Positions 29,657 through 39,400 of a stretch of 64,000 nucleotides of DNA are shown piece after piece. Source of the stretch: Candidatus Tayloriibacteriota bacterium (lineage in GTDB: Bacteria > Patescibacteriota > Minisyncoccia > Phycocordibacterales > PALSA-1337); the NCBI GenBank assembly GCA_028286665.1, contig JAQBRD010000031.1:155-64154 (forward strand). The letters are read 5' to 3'. A program made the translations under genes and the position numbers. The notes below the pieces were generated by a model that was not told the DNA's origin, made no database searches, and saw nothing but the letters and a program-made list of their open reading frames with translations. How positions within the stretch are numbered: position 1 is the stretch's first letter; each line of letters begins with the position of its first letter.

Positions 29657-30457
29657 TCATATTTTCTTTGCCCGAAAGACGACGCATGTCGGCACCATGC
29701 TGCTTGCTGTGGCAGAATAGATCGGCGAATACACGTCGAGCGGTTCCGTATCCTTGTCGGGCTTCGGCTCCCAGAATCCGTCGACGGAGAATCCTGCTTC
29801 GGTGAGCATTCTGAACCAGTCGCTTGGGCGGAGCTGGTGCGTTTCTATAAGCTGTCCGCTGCCTTTCCAATTTTCACGAAAAAGCGGCATCGGTTCGTGA
29901 TAGCTTTTGCGTACGACAAGCTTACCCTCTTCAGTTTCTATGATTCGGCTGAGGTAATGATCCCAGGAGAATATGAAATATCCTCCGGGCCGTAATTTCT
30001 TATGGATCTCACCAAACAGCTTTTCGGGATATTCCGACCATCCGATGCTGTAGACCGCGATGACGCAGTCAAAAAGGCCATATGGAAGCGCTTCGTCCAT
30101 CGCCTGCTGTATCAGCGTGAAGCGCTTAGGGTATCCGCTGCTATTTTTCGAAGCAGCAGCGATTCTCATTTCAGCGATTTTCTTCTGTGCTGAGCTGAAA
30201 TCGATTCCGGTCACATGAGCGGCACCGTGTTTCAGAAGATATGCGATAGAATCTCCAGAGCCGAAGCCTATCTCGAGAAACTTTCCCCCTTTGATCTCGG
30301 GAATGATCGCGACATCTTTCATTTCGCCATTCGTACCCCACGAAGGAAGGGAAGTTCCTCCTGCGTATTGTTTCGCGACGAAGTCCCAGGCTTGCTGATG
30401 ACTCTTCAGGGTAGCTCCTTGCGGGCAGGGGTCGCTCTGGGCGCGTAATTTATTCAT
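29657..30457 (-). CDS. Class I SAM-dependent methyltransferase (cassette 3 cargo)
   Basis: LEIGFGSG, GIDFS, LRPGG.FIFS. Confidence 0.9.
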   Translation of the reverse strand: MNKLRAQSDPCPQGATLKSHQQAWDFVAKQYAGGTSLPSWGTNGEMKDVAIIPEIKGGKFLEIGFGSGDSIAYLLKHGAAHVTGIDFSSAQKKIAEMRIAAASKNSSGYPKRFTLIQQAMDEALPYGLFDCVIAVYSIGWSEYPEKLFGEIHKKLRPGGYFIFSWDHYLSRIIETEEGKLVVRKSYHEPMPLFRENWKGSGQLIETHQLRPSDWFRMLTEAGFSVDGFWEPKPDKDTEPLDVYSPIYSATASSMVPTCVVFRAKKI

Positions 30458-30620
30458 GTCGTACGTTATATCCTGAAAGTAGAAATAAGTCTCAAATATA
30501 GACTTTATTTGAGTATTAATCGAATATGGCCATAATATATAAGGTTTATTTAATAAAAATAGACGTCATTATTTATGACGGTTTATTGCATATGTGAGCA
30601 AAGGGTGGTATAAAAACGTC

Positions 30621-31388
30621 ATGGAAAAAGAATTACTTGGGCATCTGATCGAGCTCGGACTTACGGAAAAAGAAGCCCGGCTCTATGTCTGGCTTGTGGA
30701 GCGCATCGAGACTACCGGCTATGAGGCGAGCATCGCGCTCAAGATCCCTCGAGGCACCGCGTACACCTTGCTCGAAGGTCTTGTTCGGAAAGAAATCGTC
30801 CGAGCAGGAACGCAGAACAAGAAACGCGTATACACTCCTGAATCGTTTTCAGTGTGGAAGAAAAGTCTTCAGGAAAAGATGAATATTGCTTCCTCGATGC
30901 TTCCGCTTCTCGAGAGCATGGTCTCAGTCAAAGGTCATAGCATCGATGTTCGTCTTTATAAGGGAATGTCTGGGGTGCAGAAGGCCTGGGATGAAGTCAT
31001 CGAGCATTTCGAAAAAAATCGCGTCGACACTTGCTTTGCAGTAAGTCATGGATCTCAGATCTACGCTGCGATGCCGAGGTATTTCAAGCGATGGATCGAG
31101 CGTCGGGTGGCGAACAAGACCGAGGCATATCTGATTTACCCGCTTGAAGACAAGAATGCGGTAGAGAACGGCTCCATTAGGGAACCGCTCGCTCAGTATA
31201 AATTCGCGCAGGGCGAGGCGCTCGCTTTCAGCGGAGACGTCACATGCGGAGGAAAGATCGCCGCTATCTTCTCATTCGACAATAAGCAGGAGCCGCACGC
31301 AGTGATCATCGAATCCGAAGACATTTCGAAGATCTTCACGCAATGGTTCAGAACCTTGTGGCACGTTCTACCGGGAAAGAATTTCTGA
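30621..31388 (+). CDS. TrmB-family transcriptional regulator (cassette 3)
   Basis: LGLTEKEARLY, RGTAYTLL, RLYKG..GV, IIES. Confidence 0.92.
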   Translation: MEKELLGHLIELGLTEKEARLYVWLVERIETTGYEASIALKIPRGTAYTLLEGLVRKEIVRAGTQNKKRVYTPESFSVWKKSLQEKMNIASSMLPLLESMVSVKGHSIDVRLYKGMSGVQKAWDEVIEHFEKNRVDTCFAVSHGSQIYAAMPRYFKRWIERRVANKTEAYLIYPLEDKNAVENGSIREPLAQYKFAQGEALAFSGDVTCGGKIAAIFSFDNKQEPHAVIIESEDISKIFTQWFRTLWHVLPGKNF

Positions 31389-31389
31389 T

Positions 31390-32394
31390 CTAGCCCCGCT
31401 TTGATTGCAGCTTCTGATGCACGTCGCAGAAATGCGCGCTTCGTCCCGCGACGACTTTCCGTCGGATCGTGCCGGTGCATTTCGGCTTCGAGCATGGCTG
31501 TCCGGTCTTCCGGTATGCCTTGTGCTGCTCCTGGAATTTGCCGCGCTCGCCATGGATATTGCGATAGTCGCTCATGGAGTCTCCGCCGAAATCGATGCCG
31601 CGAGAGAGGACGGCCCGGACTGCTTCATAGAGATTCTTCAGATCTTTGTCGCTCACATCCTTCACTCGCTCTTCAGGATTGATGCCTGCGCGCCAAAGCG
31701 CTTCATCAGAATAGATATTGCCGATGCCGGCGATGATCGACTTGTCCATGAGCGTCGTCTTGATCTTGCCGACAGGCTTCAGCCGAAGGCGTTCCGCGAA
31801 TCTGTCGAAGGTGAAGCTCGGATCAAGCGGTTCTGGGCCGATGTCCTCGAGATGCGCCGACTCATGCGCCGCTGCGGTCGAGAGCAGGGTGACCTTGGCG
31901 AATTTGCGCATATCAGAAAGCACGAGCTGCTTGCGGGGCTTATTTTCTTTGCCATCCGAGAGCGTGAATACGAGATGGATGAAACGATTGAAGGGATCTC
32001 GGAGCGCATCGCTTGCGCGAGCAGCCGGCGTCCATGGGTCGCGCGATTTCTTGGGATCGAACTCGTATTCGCCAATCATCATATGCCCGGTCATCTTCAT
32101 GTGGATGAGGATGGTCTGGGCAGGGAGCTTGCCGGAGTCATTCGAACCGTCTTTTTGTCCACTGTTGCGAGCCTCGAGATTGATGAGGATGTTCTTCGCT
32201 CGCCGCTCAGCGCCGAGGATCTTCCTGCCGACGATGCTCTCCCTGAAGCTGCTGAAAAATTCCGGATCCTTGATGGTATCCGAGCCGTGATAGTGCTTGC
32301 TGTCGTAATCAGTCCAGACATCCTCGACGATGAGGCCTTTCGCGAGCCTGTTGAGCCCGTTCACGGTCGTTTGGACTTCGGGTAATTCTGGCAT
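31390..32394 (-). CDS. mutM: Formamidopyrimidine-DNA glycosylase
   Basis: MPELPEV, HMKMTG, DMRKF, GIGNIYSDE, C-terminal zinc finger. Confidence 0.97.
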   Translation of the reverse strand: MPELPEVQTTVNGLNRLAKGLIVEDVWTDYDSKHYHGSDTIKDPEFFSSFRESIVGRKILGAERRAKNILINLEARNSGQKDGSNDSGKLPAQTILIHMKMTGHMMIGEYEFDPKKSRDPWTPAARASDALRDPFNRFIHLVFTLSDGKENKPRKQLVLSDMRKFAKVTLLSTAAAHESAHLEDIGPEPLDPSFTFDRFAERLRLKPVGKIKTTLMDKSIIAGIGNIYSDEALWRAGINPEERVKDVSDKDLKNLYEAVRAVLSRGIDFGGDSMSDYRNIHGERGKFQEQHKAYRKTGQPCSKPKCTGTIRRKVVAGRSAHFCDVHQKLQSKRG

Positions 32395-32435
32395 ATACTT
32401 TCTTATACCACATATTCTCATTTCCTTCATTGCTC

Positions 32436-33761
32436 ATGAAAAAAATCCTCTCAGTTCTCCTGCTCGCAATATTCTTCACGGCTTCTCTCGCTGCCCTCGG
32501 GAATATTCCGGAGATCGTGGCGCTTGCTTCGGATTTCGGCATACGGCTCGTAGAGCAGAATGGATCGGAGCAGAGTCAGAACGATCAGCAGGCCGCGATA
32601 TTCTTCATTCCCGGCATCAGCGTCGGAGATCTTCAGGCAAAATACAAGAAAGCGCCTGAAACAGCGCAGAAAATAAATGTCCTCGTCGTGCCTGGCCACG
32701 AGCCGGATTACGGCGGCGCAGAATACCGCGATCTCAAGGAGCGAGATATGACCGTTGAGCTCGCAGGCTATCTCGCCGATCTTCTGAAAGCCAATCCGCG
32801 CTTCAGCGTCACCGTACCTCGTAGCCTCCATGCATGGAATGAACCGTTCGCTTCGTATTTCATCGATGCGTCTACATCGATCAGGGATTTCGCCGCACGT
32901 CAGAAATCTGAAATGGAGCGCCTCATGAAATCCGGCGAGATCAAGACTCAGGAGGCCGAGGTCTATCACAACGACGCTCCATCAGACGTCGCGCTCCGGA
33001 TCTACGGCATGAACAAATGGGCGAATGACAATCACGTCGATGTCGCGATCCATATCCATTTCAATGATTATCCCGAGCATCGTACGAAAAGCCCTGGGGA
33101 ATATGCCGGCTATGTCATCTATGTTCCTGAGCATCAGTATTCCAATAGCAGCACGACCAAAGCCATCGCCGACAGCATCAGCAAGCGCCTCTCGCGGTAT
33201 TATCCGACCAGCAATCATCCGCAGGAAGTCGACGGGGTAGTGGAAGATCAGGATCTCATCGCGGTCGGCTCGCATAACAGTTCAGATGCGCCGAGCATGC
33301 TCATCGAGTACGGCTATATCTATGAGCCGCAATTCCAGAATCCTGCCGCGCGCAAGCTCATCCTCGAGGATCTCGCATTTCAGACATATCTCGGCTTGCA
33401 GGATTTCTTCGGAAGCGGCAACGACGTGACGCTCAAGTATGACAACCTCATCCTTCCGCACGAGTGGACGAAGAATCTTTCGAAGACTATCTTCGATGTC
33501 GCGACGAAGCTCGGCGGAACGAACCGCGACGTCATCGTCAGCGATATTATCGCGCTTCAGACTGCGCTCATGAGAGAAGGAATGTATCCTCCGAAAGGCG
33601 AAACGAAATACGCATGTCCGAGAAGCGGTGCCTTCGGCCCATGCACCATGAAAGCACTCGCCGAATTCCAGAAGAAGTGGGGCATCCGGGGCGAAGCCGG
33701 CTCTGTCGGCGAAAAGACCCGCAAGAAGCTGAATGAGTTATACGAATCGCAGATGCTATAA
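32436..33761 (+). CDS. N-acetylmuramoyl-L-alanine amidase with C-terminal peptidoglycan-binding domain
   Basis: PGH, E, HIHFN, LIEYGY zinc motifs; G.FGPCT..AL..FQ. Confidence 0.88.
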   Translation: MKKILSVLLLAIFFTASLAALGNIPEIVALASDFGIRLVEQNGSEQSQNDQQAAIFFIPGISVGDLQAKYKKAPETAQKINVLVVPGHEPDYGGAEYRDLKERDMTVELAGYLADLLKANPRFSVTVPRSLHAWNEPFASYFIDASTSIRDFAARQKSEMERLMKSGEIKTQEAEVYHNDAPSDVALRIYGMNKWANDNHVDVAIHIHFNDYPEHRTKSPGEYAGYVIYVPEHQYSNSSTTKAIADSISKRLSRYYPTSNHPQEVDGVVEDQDLIAVGSHNSSDAPSMLIEYGYIYEPQFQNPAARKLILEDLAFQTYLGLQDFFGSGNDVTLKYDNLILPHEWTKNLSKTIFDVATKLGGTNRDVIVSDIIALQTALMREGMYPPKGETKYACPRSGAFGPCTMKALAEFQKKWGIRGEAGSVGEKTRKKLNELYESQML

Positions 33762-33778
33762 GCGCGACACCAAGCTGC

Positions 33779-34543
33779 TTACTTTATTCCTTCCCAGATT
33801 CCCTTGAAGAGCTCGCGCATGTTGTGCGCGAGTTTTGCGTCATAGATCTGCACGAGATAGTGCGGTTTCTGATTGGTGACGATGAGCGTCAGGTAATCGC
33901 CGGTGACCCATGTGGTCGCAGTGAAATCGCCCTCGCCGTTCCAAAATTTGATGATGCGGTTGCTGTAGCCGCGCTTGCTCATGTCAGCTTCGAATTTCGA
34001 TTCGTTGCTGAGCAGACGGAGCGACAGCTTGCTCGGCGCACACTTCTTCCAATACCAATCGATCCATCCCTGGTAGCTTTTCACGAAGCTCGGATCCTGG
34101 AATCCCCACCAGATGCTGTCGTTCTTCAGGATGCTCTGACTCCATATCGGCGCCTGCTTCTCCATGAATGCCTCGATGTCCTCCTCATAGACGAATTGTA
34201 TCTTCGGAATGGAATAGCGCGTGTTTTTCGTAATGTCTTTCAATGCGTCGACAGCCTTGCCGATGAGCACCTTCTTGTTCTGAAGCTCGAGCTCTTCCTT
34301 CCGGATCATTTTCTTCAGATCCTCCGGCGGCAGGGCAGTGAGGTAGTTCTGCTTTCCGCCGACGTCTTCGACGATGATTCCTCGCGCGATGAGCTCCTTG
34401 GCGATGCTGTAGGTGGTCGAGCGGTTGATGCCGGTGAGGCGGGCGATGTGCGCCGGCGTCGCATGGCCGAGTTCAAGTACGGCGAGGTATGTTTTGACCT
34501 CCTTTTCTTTCAATCCGAGTTCTTGCAATATTTGTTCAATCAT
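33779..34543 (-). CDS. TrmB-family transcriptional regulator (cassette 4)
   Basis: LGLKEKEVKTY, RSTTYSIA, PKIQF, F..IWE. Confidence 0.92.
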   Translation of the reverse strand: MIEQILQELGLKEKEVKTYLAVLELGHATPAHIARLTGINRSTTYSIAKELIARGIIVEDVGGKQNYLTALPPEDLKKMIRKEELELQNKKVLIGKAVDALKDITKNTRYSIPKIQFVYEEDIEAFMEKQAPIWSQSILKNDSIWWGFQDPSFVKSYQGWIDWYWKKCAPSKLSLRLLSNESKFEADMSKRGYSNRIIKFWNGEGDFTATTWVTGDYLTLIVTNQKPHYLVQIYDAKLAHNMRELFKGIWEGIK

Positions 34544-34810
34544 GTCGAAATCATAGCGTGTTGTTATAAAATTGTCAACACATAAATATGCTTTAAATAA
34601 AGGTTTAAATTAAAATATATGAGTATATTGTTATATGTAATTAGTCATGATTATGAAAATTGTGCAATAATAATGCCAGAAAGTAAATAGTACTTTGAAA
34701 CATCGGTTCCGGAAACAGGCATGTCACGCAAGGCCTGTCTATTCCCGGAACCGATGCTATCGATAAGCTCCCATGCGGGATGACACGATGCCTCAGTAAG
34801 GGAATAAATT

Positions 34811-35149
34811 ATGAAAAAATACACCGGAATCGAAATCCCGACCGAAACCATAACCCCTTGCCATGAGTTTCACAGCGCGAAAGCATTCGTGGTCAAGGTC
34901 GGGGACTTGTATTATCGCATCGAACGCAAGGCGAAGTTGCTTCACGAGAAGGACGCTAAGGCAGGTTCTTGGCCGTTCGGCTGGATGTATCGCTTCGAAG
35001 CAGTACAGATCGAGTCGCCGGAACGCGAGCTAGATTTCGCTCTGCAGCAATTCATAGGGGAGAGACTCGCGCAAGGTCTAATGGCCGGGGATCTGACGGA
35101 CTTTACCTGCCAAGGTTCTGCTGGCGCGAAAAAAGGTGGGTGGAGTTGA
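34811..35149 (+). CDS. Hypothetical protein inside cassette 4
   Basis: 112 aa ORF with purine-rich leader, between regulator and binding protein. Confidence 0.55.
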   Translation: MKKYTGIEIPTETITPCHEFHSAKAFVVKVGDLYYRIERKAKLLHEKDAKAGSWPFGWMYRFEAVQIESPERELDFALQQFIGERLAQGLMAGDLTDFTCQGSAGAKKGGWS

Positions 35150-35254
35150 GAAAACAAATGGAGGATCCTCAAAAAATCCTCCACTTTATTGAGTTCACGA
35201 CAGTGTGTCGCGGATTCATAGAGTCCTTATTTATTCAATAAAAAATTTAAAAAT

Positions 35255-36373
35255 ATGAATACCAAATCATTGCGGATTCTCTGTTCCATCCTTCTCCTAG
35301 TCATCATCGTCTTCGCTGTCTATAAGGGCAGCAAAGGAAATGAAGCATCTGGAGACATAAAGATCGGGGGTATCCTCATCATGAGCGGCGGCGGCGCAGC
35401 TTGGGGCGACGGATCGAAGAGCGGCATGCAGATGGCTGTCGAGGATATCAATAAGAATGGGGGAGTCAACGGAAGAAAGCTCAGCCTTGTTCTGGAAGAT
35501 GATGCGGGAGATCCGAAGAAGGCCATCAGCGCCTTCTCGAAGCTGACCAACTCGGACGGAGCAAAATTCATCATCGGTCCGAATTGGTCTAATTCCGGAC
35601 TCGCACTCGTTGATTTGGCGAAGAATAACAAGGCTGTCCTCATATCTCCGACACTCGGCGTGAAAGAATTCAATGAAGGAAGCGAAAACATATTTAACAC
35701 ATGGCCGCACGACTTCATCCTTTCGCGGAACATCGCTGACTATGTGTACAAGAAAGGATATCGGAATGTCGCGATATTCGGACTGCAGGATTCGTGGGTA
35801 TATGATCAGACGAAGAATTTCAAGGAAAGGTTCGAAGAGTTGGGCGGCAAGGTCGCGTTGGTCTATGAGCCACAGGCGACTGAAACAGATATGCGCGCAG
35901 GAATAACTAAGGTGAAGGCTGATAAATCGATCGATGCGATCATTATGACCGTCGCCGGCTATAGCCAATCGCATATCATGCCGCAGCAGATCCGAAGCCT
36001 TTCGGTAAACCTTCCGATCTTCTCGGTCAACATCGACAAGAAATCGATTCATGATTGCGGAGCAGCTTGTGAAGATATGATCTTCCTCAGTTATTTCACT
36101 CCGAATAAGCAGTTCGAAGCGAAATACAAGGCAAAATTCGGAGCCGAGGTGCTGATAGGCGCCGATTCATCTTATGACGCGGTGATGCTTCTTGCGAAAG
36201 CGATGACTGAAACGAAAAGCACTGATGTTGCGAGCGTCTCCAAGTATCTGAATGCGGTGAAAGAATATGATGGAATGTCGGGCAATCTGAAGTCGGATGG
36301 GAAGAGGGCTTTCATAAAGCCGTACACGGTGAATAGGGTGATGAAGGGGGAGCCTGTAGCCATAGTAGAATAA
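35255..36373 (+). CDS. LivJ/LivK-type ligand-binding protein, membrane anchored (cassette 4)
   Basis: INKNGGVNGRKL, EDD, IIGP, YDAVMLLAKAM, GMSG. Confidence 0.93.
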   Translation: MNTKSLRILCSILLLVIIVFAVYKGSKGNEASGDIKIGGILIMSGGGAAWGDGSKSGMQMAVEDINKNGGVNGRKLSLVLEDDAGDPKKAISAFSKLTNSDGAKFIIGPNWSNSGLALVDLAKNNKAVLISPTLGVKEFNEGSENIFNTWPHDFILSRNIADYVYKKGYRNVAIFGLQDSWVYDQTKNFKERFEELGGKVALVYEPQATETDMRAGITKVKADKSIDAIIMTVAGYSQSHIMPQQIRSLSVNLPIFSVNIDKKSIHDCGAACEDMIFLSYFTPNKQFEAKYKAKFGAEVLIGADSSYDAVMLLAKAMTETKSTDVASVSKYLNAVKEYDGMSGNLKSDGKRAFIKPYTVNRVMKGEPVAIVE

Positions 36374-36380
36374 AGCGAAG

Positions 36381-36418
36381 AACAAAACCGCCGCTCCTTT
36401 CGGAGCGGCGGTTTTGTT
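36381..36418. terminator. Intrinsic terminator
   Basis: AACAAAACCGCCGCTCC-TTTC-GGAGCGGCGGTTTTGTT. Confidence 0.85.
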
Positions 36419-36494
36419 ATTGATTTCGCTCGGGGATTTCTCAAAGGATAAGCTTCCTATGTGAAAGCGTCAGGCTGCCATATAATGGATGGAT

Positions 36495-39400
36495 ATGAAA
36501 AAAATCGCTGTATTCCTCGGCATCCTGGCGGTCGCGTTCTCGGGTTTTTTTGCGGTGAAGCATGATGCGCAGGCTAGTTCGATGGGATATATAGAGTCGA
36601 GTTGCATCTATTACGGATATCAATCGAATGGCAATACTTTCTCTGAAACCCGTTTCTGGGATATGCCGATCACTGATGCGATGCCTGCTCCTCAGAATCT
36701 GGGAACTCTCATTGCGACATATGCAGCGTCGAAGCCTGCAGGCGACAGGTCAGAGAGTCGTCAAAATAATTCTACGTCTAAATTGGCTTACCCGGTAGGC
36801 TGCCAAAAATATTCCGGTTTTTTCACCTATAAGGTTATGAGCATGGTCCTCAGCACCGATGACTCGGTTCGGTTTTCAGACGGCAATACGGTGCGAGACT
36901 ATGCGGGACCGGTGAGCGCGGTGGATGAAGTAATGACCAGCCATGCGGACAAGCTTACTTTCAACGTGATACCAAAATTCCGCGGACCCGCGACTACTCT
37001 TGCGGCAAGCGTCTCAGGAAATCAGGTGACTCTTGCTTGGAGCAATCCGTTTCCGGCGAAATCTCTTGCCATGACTAGCTATGTGGCTGCGGTTGAGCGG
37101 GCACGTGCAGGATCGAATTCATTCGTGCAGGTGAGCCCCGCTCTCGATCAAAGCTTCAGCATGCCGTATTCGAATATCGGAAACTATACGAAATTCTTCA
37201 CGCCGCAATTGACCTACACGGATACCTCGGCGCCTGAAGGAGATTTTGATTATCGAATCAGGATAGACATGTCTTTTCAGACAGCCACTGGCGAATTCTA
37301 TGTAAATGGCGGAAGCAGCCAAGATGGTTATTATGCAAAGACATATCATTATTCGACCGTCGCGAGCGCAAAGTTGCCACCGAAAGCTCCGAAGCTCGCT
37401 TCGATCAGTCCAAATAGCTTCAGTGTCGATGCGACAGAAACGCCGCCGGTCACTATCGCTGGAACTGGCTTCAAGCCGACCGGCAATTCAATCAAGTTCG
37501 TTCATGCGACCATCGCAGGCAAGGTATACCGCATCGATGACGTATCGAGCGCTGGAACCTCTCTCGCTTTCGATCTGCCCGCAGGCATGACGCAAGGAGC
37601 ATATAACGTAACGACGAAAGTCACTGATAGCCCTTGGAGCAATGAGCTCACCGTCAGGGTTCTTCCGAAGAGTCCTGCGGCACTTACAGCGAAATTCGTA
37701 TTTACTGATACTAAAAAAGGAATCGATCTCGATTGGAGCGGAGGCGCAGCGAATTCGATTGTTTCTGGGTATGAGGTGGAAAGGGCTTCTGGGTATAGGG
37801 CAGACTCTGCAGAGTATAAGAAGATATCGGAAACTACCGGAAAGACAGCCTTCGATGCAAATTTGAATTTGCTTACTACGAAGGATATTTTTTACCGGAT
37901 CAAGACTAAATTCACTGATGGAACTTCCGTTACCTCTAATGTAGCTTCGGTTCCCGCGTGTCAGAAGATTGCGGGAAATGGTCCGGTCAAAGTCGTGTTC
38001 ATGAGAGATAAGAAAATATCCGAAGATCTCAAAGTAGATGCATTTTACGGTGTAGTCTTGAATACAATAAAACTCGGCTTCAGAAGGACAGATCCCTTCA
38101 AGGCGTATGCTAACAAATTCTCCTTCTATATCGATCTTGAAGAATATGATACTTATGATGATTGGTCGATGCCTGAAGGCACGGCAAAATCTCAATCTGA
38201 GTGCGGAAAGGATGCAAAGATTTATATTTATTACAGCACAAAAGTAGGAAAAACAGCTTACTCATACTTCAATAGCGGAGAGGTGTACATGATGCCTTTT
38301 GATTTATTGCCTACAGCAGGCTTCGATAATCTTATCGATTATGAGAAAAAAATACGTCTGCTCGATAGCAGCGCATCTTCTTCACTTATTCTTGCGCAGG
38401 CTACGCTTCACGAAGTCGGGCATGCTTTCGGAAGATTGCGAGACGAATATATCAGAAGTACTGAGCCTGAACCGTCTTCATTGAGCGTTTTCGATTCCGT
38501 AAATTGCAGCACTAAACCATCGTCTGATTTCCGAAGCTCTATCAATAATCAGATATACGGTTCATTGACAAGCGTCGGCTGCAGCTATCTCAAAGCATAC
38601 ACCGGTCATGCAGGCGATACCTCCAATACATTCTACAAGCCGAGTAAGGCAAGCTTGATGGATACGATACATGCAACCAAGAATCCAGACGGTACGTACA
38701 TAACGTATTCGCGAATATCATCTCCTCGATTCAATGTTATCTCTTGCGGGTATCTCATTTCGGCAATTCTCGGAGAGCCTACGGATAAGGCACATGCGCA
38801 AACGCATTGGCAAGAATGCGCGACGGAACTCGATACTGAGACGGATACTCCGCCGCTTGCCGGCAAGCCGGGGACCTTGAAATCATCAAGCTCCATCGTA
38901 TATCCAGGCAATGCGATAAAATCATCAGCAAACTCAGTTTCAAAAATGAATTCCGTGCCAACCTCGTCAGATCGAAACAGCTTGATCATCAGCGGTTCTG
39001 GCTTCACTCCGGAGGGGAACAATATTCGCTTTGCCAATACTGCAACAAAGAAGGTTTTCGAGATAAATGAGGTTCCAAGCATCGACGGAAAAACTCTGCA
39101 GCTAGATATTCCAAACGATACCGATCCAGGAACATACAACGTAAGGGTGGGGGCATTCAACAGTCCTTGGAGTGACGCGATATCGCTTCAAGTGCTCGAT
39201 TTCCCGAAGATTGCTTCATTTAGTCCTGCATCAATCACGCTTAGCGAGCTCTCGAAGCCGATCCTCATCAAAGGATCTAATTTTATCGTCGGACATACGG
39301 TGACGGTTTCATTCGCGCCGAAGAGCGGAGGATCGGCTATCATAAGCACCGCGAAAGTTGCAACGAGTACGAAAATTTCCGTTATACCGCCGGCCTCGCT

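Noticed and set aside
34701-34790. Possible c-di-GMP-I riboswitch (GGAAAC..CACGCAAGGCC)
   Set aside because: Expected P1/P2/P3 layout and tetraloop receptor not found; a simple long hairpin explains the sequence better.
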